Below are positions 58,349 through 64,000 of a DNA stretch of 64,000 bases, piece by piece (position 1 is the first letter of the stretch; the number at the start of each line of letters is the position of its first letter). Position numbers and translations under genes: made by a program. Source of the stretch: the human T2T-CHM13v2.0 reference genome, Homo sapiens; NCBI RefSeq assembly GCF_009914755.1, contig NC_060935.1; one strand, 5' to 3'. The notes under the pieces were generated by a model. That model did not search any database. It was not told the DNA's origin and saw nothing but the letters and a program-made list of their open reading frames with translations.

Positions 58349-58997
58349 CTAAAAAGAAAAAAGTAAAACACAGTTAAATGAAGTAGAAGGAAAATTAGCA
58401 GGTGTTCAAATTGCATAAATTAGACAATTCCACAAACATCCTTAAGGCTAATGCAAAAAAATATGTACCTGACAGAAATGGATGCAACTGGCAAATTACC
58501 TTACTAATGGCACACATTACATACACCTGCAGAAATATAATTCAGTATTAGCTTTAAGGGGGTCAATACTTCTAGTGTAAAGCAATAGGCAGCCAATTTG
58601 TACAGTAACATCAGCAAACTTTTGGCTAATGAACTAAAACAAAGTAACGCTCATAATATTTTTAATCTAAAAACATTTTCTAAGCAGGTCAATTTAAAAT
58701 ATCACAATTAGATTTGTGTTTCACTGAAGAATAAAGATAAAAATAATGTTCTCCATTCAAATTTGTTTCTTCAAAACCCAAATTTATTTCCCAAATAGAA
58801 CAACATAGTTCAGTGCCACTTTCTTATTGCCAAAATTAAGCTAAAAATTTTAAACTAATTTATGTTTATTCTTCTAGGTGACTCAAGTCAATGTAGAAAA
58901 TACATGTTTCTATTTTTTTATCTAGTAATAACTGGCATTCAACCATAACTATTCAACTAAGTTGAATTTTCATAACACTAAAAGAATTCATTTTTAC

Positions 58998-59078
58998 CTA
59001 TCTCCATTAGATGGCTTAGATTCCAATTTGGGCTTTTTCTTTGGAGTTTCATTCTGAATTGTTGCAGAGGATTTATGG
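58998..59078 (-). CDS. FAM76B: FAM76B coding exon, 81 nt, with putative NLS PKKKPK
   Basis: tttcAG acceptor, GTAAAA donor; (S)HKSSATIQNETPKKKPKLESKPSNGD(S). Confidence 0.96.
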
Positions 59079-59269
59079 CTGAAACCAAACATTAATAAGA
59101 ATAGTTAGAGTAAAAAGGACAGAGAAACCAAATGATAAGTTATTCATCTTCCCCTAAAATATTACTGAAAATACTGATTTTGGTAAGACTTAAGTAACAA
59201 AGTTGAAGGGATATCACATTTATAAATATACATTTCAAAATACTTCAGAAAATACAGCAATGTATTTAC

Positions 59270-59317
59270 CTCTGTTTCCACAGTCCCTGCTCTTCTTCTG
59301 GACTTAGATTGCTGATT
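59270..59317 (-). CDS. FAM76B: FAM76B coding exon, 48 nt
   Basis: ttttcAG acceptor, GTAAAT donor, phase 2-2; (K)ISNLSPEEEQGLWKQ(S) continues the frame. Confidence 0.95.
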
Positions 59318-61649
59318 CTGAAAAATACACAAATGACATCTAATAATGACATTTATTTATTTAATACATCTAAATTTAACATTCTTTCTCAATGGATACA
59401 AATTTTATGTTTATAATATTTTCTTCAGAGAAAGGTATATTTAAGTTTTCAGACTAAGCTAATACATATTGAATAAATCACATTCTGATGAAATAAATTT
59501 TAATAAAATGACTGCTAACCATCTCAAGTTCTTCAAGAATTCTTTATAATCAGGATCTCCACAGTTCAATTTAATATCATACAAAGGGTGGGTTACACAA
59601 GTAGTTTTCGTGCTTGTGTCTAGGTATCACTGTACTTTGGCTGCCCTTACTATTTCAGACACAAAATTTGTATCTTTAAAGTTAAGGCTTTCCTAATAAT
59701 CTGAAGTAGAGATTCTTCTTTTGGAGTAACTCAAGTTGCTCAGAATAGTATTTCAATTTAAATGGGGAAATATATTGATTTCTTTGATTCTTTCCTAGTT
59801 TTCTTAAGAATCCTCTCCAAAGTCCATAGAGCTCTCTTTAGTTAGTATTCTGGAGAAGTTACGCTGAAACTATTGAGAAATTTCATAGTAACAAATTATT
59901 TTACTTTTACTCATAATTAATACTGTAATACTCCTTTTCTATTTTACCCTAATACTAATAATCACTTTATAATTCATCATGAATCCTTCATTTTTTTCCT
60001 CCTAAACTTGCATATCAGTCAATGCTTCACTAACCCTAGCTTATTCACTCAGCATGTAGAGAGCATCTCCTATGAACCAGATGCCACGTATTTATACGAT
60101 TTAGAAGATGTTAGAATACCTGAGCTGTGACCTTATGCAAATTACTTAACATCCCCAGCCTTAGTTCCCTCATATGTAATACATACCTTATACTGATATG
60201 AGCATTAAATGAGTTATATATGTAAAATCACTTAGTACAGTGCTAGCATATACAAAATAGACATATATATATATACATGTTTACTTGTGTCTAAAATTTA
60301 CTATTGGTTCAGCTGTAGAAGTTTTTTAAGCAAAAGAAAAAAACAAACCTTAAGACTCAGCTGTAAACAAGTACCAAGTTGGGAAAAAAATGTTAATAGC
60401 AATAATTCCATCAAGTGAGTTATTCTTACTTGTGAATGAATGGAAATCCTATTGAGGAATGCAGTTGTCCTTTTTTTTTTTTTCCCACAAATTTCATTAT
60501 AAGCCTAACAAGCCATACATGAACTAACAGCACTAACCATATCTCAAAGTTAAGAATAATCACATTAATATCACTGACAGAAACACTTGGAATTCCCATC
60601 TTATCTTTCTGAGGGTTGTCCATTCCTAGATTCAGACCCACCTTAGTGCCACCTGGCAACCACATCCCCTACCCCTGCCGATCACTATCTATCACAATAT
60701 GAATGCTCCTCATTTTCATTCTGATCTATTGAACTTAAGATAGGACCCTACAAAGTAACTGTTCATCAAATGGTCAACAGCCATCAAATAGAAAATAGTG
60801 TTTGTATTTCATAAGTAACCAGAAGTAAAAAAATTGAAGACTTTCATTTTCAATACTGTTCTCTTTCCCTTTATTTTTGAAACCTGTCATTCTTTCAAAA
60901 AATTAAGTTGCTGTCACATACTTTAGTCTTCACAAACATAATCTGATTGTGTCCTTTTACATCATGCTAAGACAAATTTATCTGTAAAGAATAGGGAAAG
61001 GAGACATTTTGGGAGTCTTAGAAGTAGGTCTGACATATGCTATTATGGTATATAGTCATTTTGTCATATTTTTTCTTAAAGCAAGAAGCAAAAACAAGGT
61101 AGACTTATATTATTTTGCTTCTTGAAATACTCTGATATAAAGATCACAAGGTTTCTTCAAAACAGCCAGAAGAGAAGACACTGCATTGTAGTCTACCACT
61201 GCCACATTTAGAAAACACTACAACATGGTAGAATTAAACATCACTAACCTCAACGTAACCTCATAATCTAATAGGTGATTGGATACAGTTTACAACAAAT
61301 CTTACTAATTAGACAGAACTACATTACATTCTAAAAATACTGCATGTGTTCCAAAATGAGGTGGGCATCAGTTGTTTGTAAATTCTGTTTTAAATAACTA
61401 TCTGAAACTTTAAAGACTCACAGAAAAATTTAAGAACAAACAATAAATTATTCTGAAAATGGGCATGCCATATGTCCGTTTTTTCCATTTTAATTTGTGT
61501 TTGTCAGTTTAATTTGTATTTTCATGTTCTTGATTTTTCCGTGAAGACTAAAATTGCATTTTAAAAAATCTTTATACCACACACATCAAGGGTTAAGGTA
61601 CTACTACTACTACATAACTCCCCCCACAGGTCACTTTAAAAATCAAGTA

Positions 61650-61892
61650 CAGCTGACCCTTGAACAACCCAGGTTTGAAATGTATGGGACCACCTATAGG
61701 AGAATTTTTTTTTCCCAACCAAATACGGATCAAAAATACAGTATTTGGAGGATGTGAAACCTGCATATATAGAAGGCCAACTTTTCCTATAGGCAGGTTC
61801 CACAGGGTCAATTGCAGAACTGGAGTATATGCAAATTTTGGTCTATGAGGGGGTTCTAGAACCAATCCCTCAAGCATACTGAGGGAAAACTA
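61650..61892. mobile_element. MER8/Tigger2-type MITE (intronic)
   Basis: TA followed by 'cagctgacccttgaacaac' ... 'accaatccctcaagcatactgagggaaaact'. Confidence 0.8.
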
Positions 61893-62454
61893 CAGTTGTC
61901 TCTATTTAAGTAGAGTTCCTAAATATATGTTTGAAAAAAACACAAAGTATCATTAGTTAAAAATATTGCTCATATTTTGGGGACCACAAAGATCAGAAAT
62001 GCTTCTATCATAGTAACAAATTATAGTATTAAAATATGTTCTCCAAACCCAGTCATTGGTTTGTTTCGATTTGTTTTTACTAAAACAAATTGACAACTAA
62101 AATATAATTTTTCAAATAAAACCTTAACAATTATTTAAACAAAAAAAGAATACTGAGGCTTTTGATAAGTTATTTAAGTGTTAATTAACTGACGTACTTG
62201 TATTTTGACTTTACATGGTTATAATTTTATAGATTTTCCTAAATATCTGTATTATGGTAAACAGCTCAACATATTTCATGTATATAACATTCTACACTGA
62301 ATAAAATGGAGACACAGCCTTAGACACTCAAGATGCTTACTGTGTACAATGGAAACTAGACTAGCACATAGTCAATATTTGCAAGAAGTAAACATCAATA
62401 AATGGCATTAAAATGCAAGGAAGAGTTTTAGAAAATATGATTTCAAAGTACTTA

Positions 62455-62658
<204 letters not shown>

Positions 62659-63074
62659 TTAAGAAAATGTGTTAAATTAAATGTACCCATATAAACTGGC
62701 TGTAAACGAAACCAGGTAAGATAAACCACTCAACTTCCACCTATATTCCACACGTAACATGCGCAAATGCATGTATGCACATATTCACGGATTTTCTGCA
62801 AAACAGAAATAAAACTGGACTTTTCTGAAACTTGAGAAAATACTTGTTAGGAGAATTATAAAACTGATGAGGATGACATCAGTTTTGAAGCATTTTTAAT
62901 TTGAAGAAAAAGAAAATGTTACCTTTTTTCTTATTCCAGGAGAATAAGCATAAACTGACTGATATACTTCCAAGAAATATAGCCTGAATTCTTATATCGC
63001 TGTGTCATTACTAATAATTTTTCACTACAGTAAGTACTGTAAATTTACAGAAAAACAGAAGCATCTAAATGACA

Positions 63075-63945
63075 CACAGAGTTGCTTCTCATTATTCTTG
63101 CATTTCCTATTTGTGTATTTGCCTACCTAGTAAAATGTATCTGTAACCCAAAAATCAAGACTTGTAGCACTTTTGTGGCCACTGCACACATACACAAGAG
63201 TGGTGAAAAATCTGTGCCACCCAATAGCACACATTCTCAGCTGAGGTGGAACAAGGTGATGCTCTGCCTCATTTATTTCACCTCTCAGACAAGTATCCTT
63301 TTCACAGTCTGTTTAGTGCCATGTTTTTCAAGTTTTTATAGTCCCAAAGAGTACTGCCAAAGTGCTGTATAGTGTTCCTAGGCTCAAGAAGGTTGTAATG
63401 TGAAATGGCAAAGACATGGAATCAACCTAAATGCCCATCGTTAGTAGACTGGATAAAGAAAACATGGTACGTATATACCATGGAATACTATGCAGCTATA
63501 GACAAGAACAAGATCATGTCCCTTCCAGGAATATGGATGGAGCTGGAGGCCATTAACCTTAGCAAACTGACAAAAGAACAGAAAACCAAATCCTGCATGT
63601 TCTTACTTATAAGCAGGAACTAAAGGATGAAAACACATGGACACACTGAGGGGAACAACACACATTAGGGCCTATCAGATGGTGGAGGGTAGAAGAGGGA
63701 AAGAATCAGGAAAAATAACTAATAGGTATTAGGGTTAATACCTGGGTGATGAAATAATCTGTGCAACAAACCTCCATGACACAAGTTTACCTATATAATA
63801 AACGTGCACATGTACCCCTGAACTTAAAAAAAGGAAAGCTACGAAGGCTGTGATGTGTCTTAAAGAGAAAATATGTGTGTTACATAAGTTATGTTCAGGC
63901 ACTCTTAGCACTGTTGGCCATGAGTGCAATTAAATTAATCGACAG
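63075..63945. mobile_element. MER44/Tigger7-type element interrupted by an L1P 3' end
   Basis: MER44-like text on both sides of the L1 insert ('gcctacctagtaaaatgtatctgtaaccc' and 'gagaaaatatgtgtgttacataag'). Confidence 0.75.
63403..63840 (+). mobile_element. 5'-truncated primate L1 (L1PA/PB) 3' end
   Basis: ORF2 C-terminus AKTWNQPKCPSLVDWIKKTWYVYTMEYYAA plus 3' UTR; diverged 17-bp TSD aagaaggttgtaatgtg (63386-63402) and acgaaggctgtgatgtg (63841-63857). Confidence 0.92.
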
Positions 63946-64000
63946 TGTGTGTGTGTATATATACACACACACACACACACACACAATTTTTTTTTTTTTT

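Noticed and set aside
61082-61124. 12-bp perfect hairpin (also a 9-bp stem at 52402-52428) as a pre-miRNA or ncRNA
   Set aside because: Stems are too short and AT-rich; expected by chance in 64 kb.

Overview
AT-rich primate, most likely human, genomic DNA; it contains AluY/S/J, L1, L2, MIR, MaLR LTRs and MER DNA transposons. The right third holds the 3' part of FAM76B on the minus strand: six coding exons with GT-AG boundaries that join in frame (657 nt, 218 aa plus stop, including a His10 tract and a PKKKPK basic motif), then a ~2.6 kb 3' UTR ending at an MLT1 LTR. The remaining ~48 kb is repeat-rich intergenic DNA. Its most unusual element is a decayed FGFR3 fragment at ~36.3-37.2 kb (minus strand, Ig-II to Ig-IIIa region, exons 5-7). 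It is half processed: one intron is gone, the neighbouring introns are kept, and it carries two deletions at short direct repeats. Other oddities are a young inverted duplication of a MIR segment, a templated 235-bp insertion into a microsatellite, a patchwork of direct and inverted repeats resembling a repair scar, a NAGNAG acceptor and a candidate in-frame cryptic exon in FAM76B. Almost all ORFs in the supplied track are spurious or repeat-derived. Repeat subfamily names and FGFR3 comparisons come from recalled consensus sequences, not from a search.
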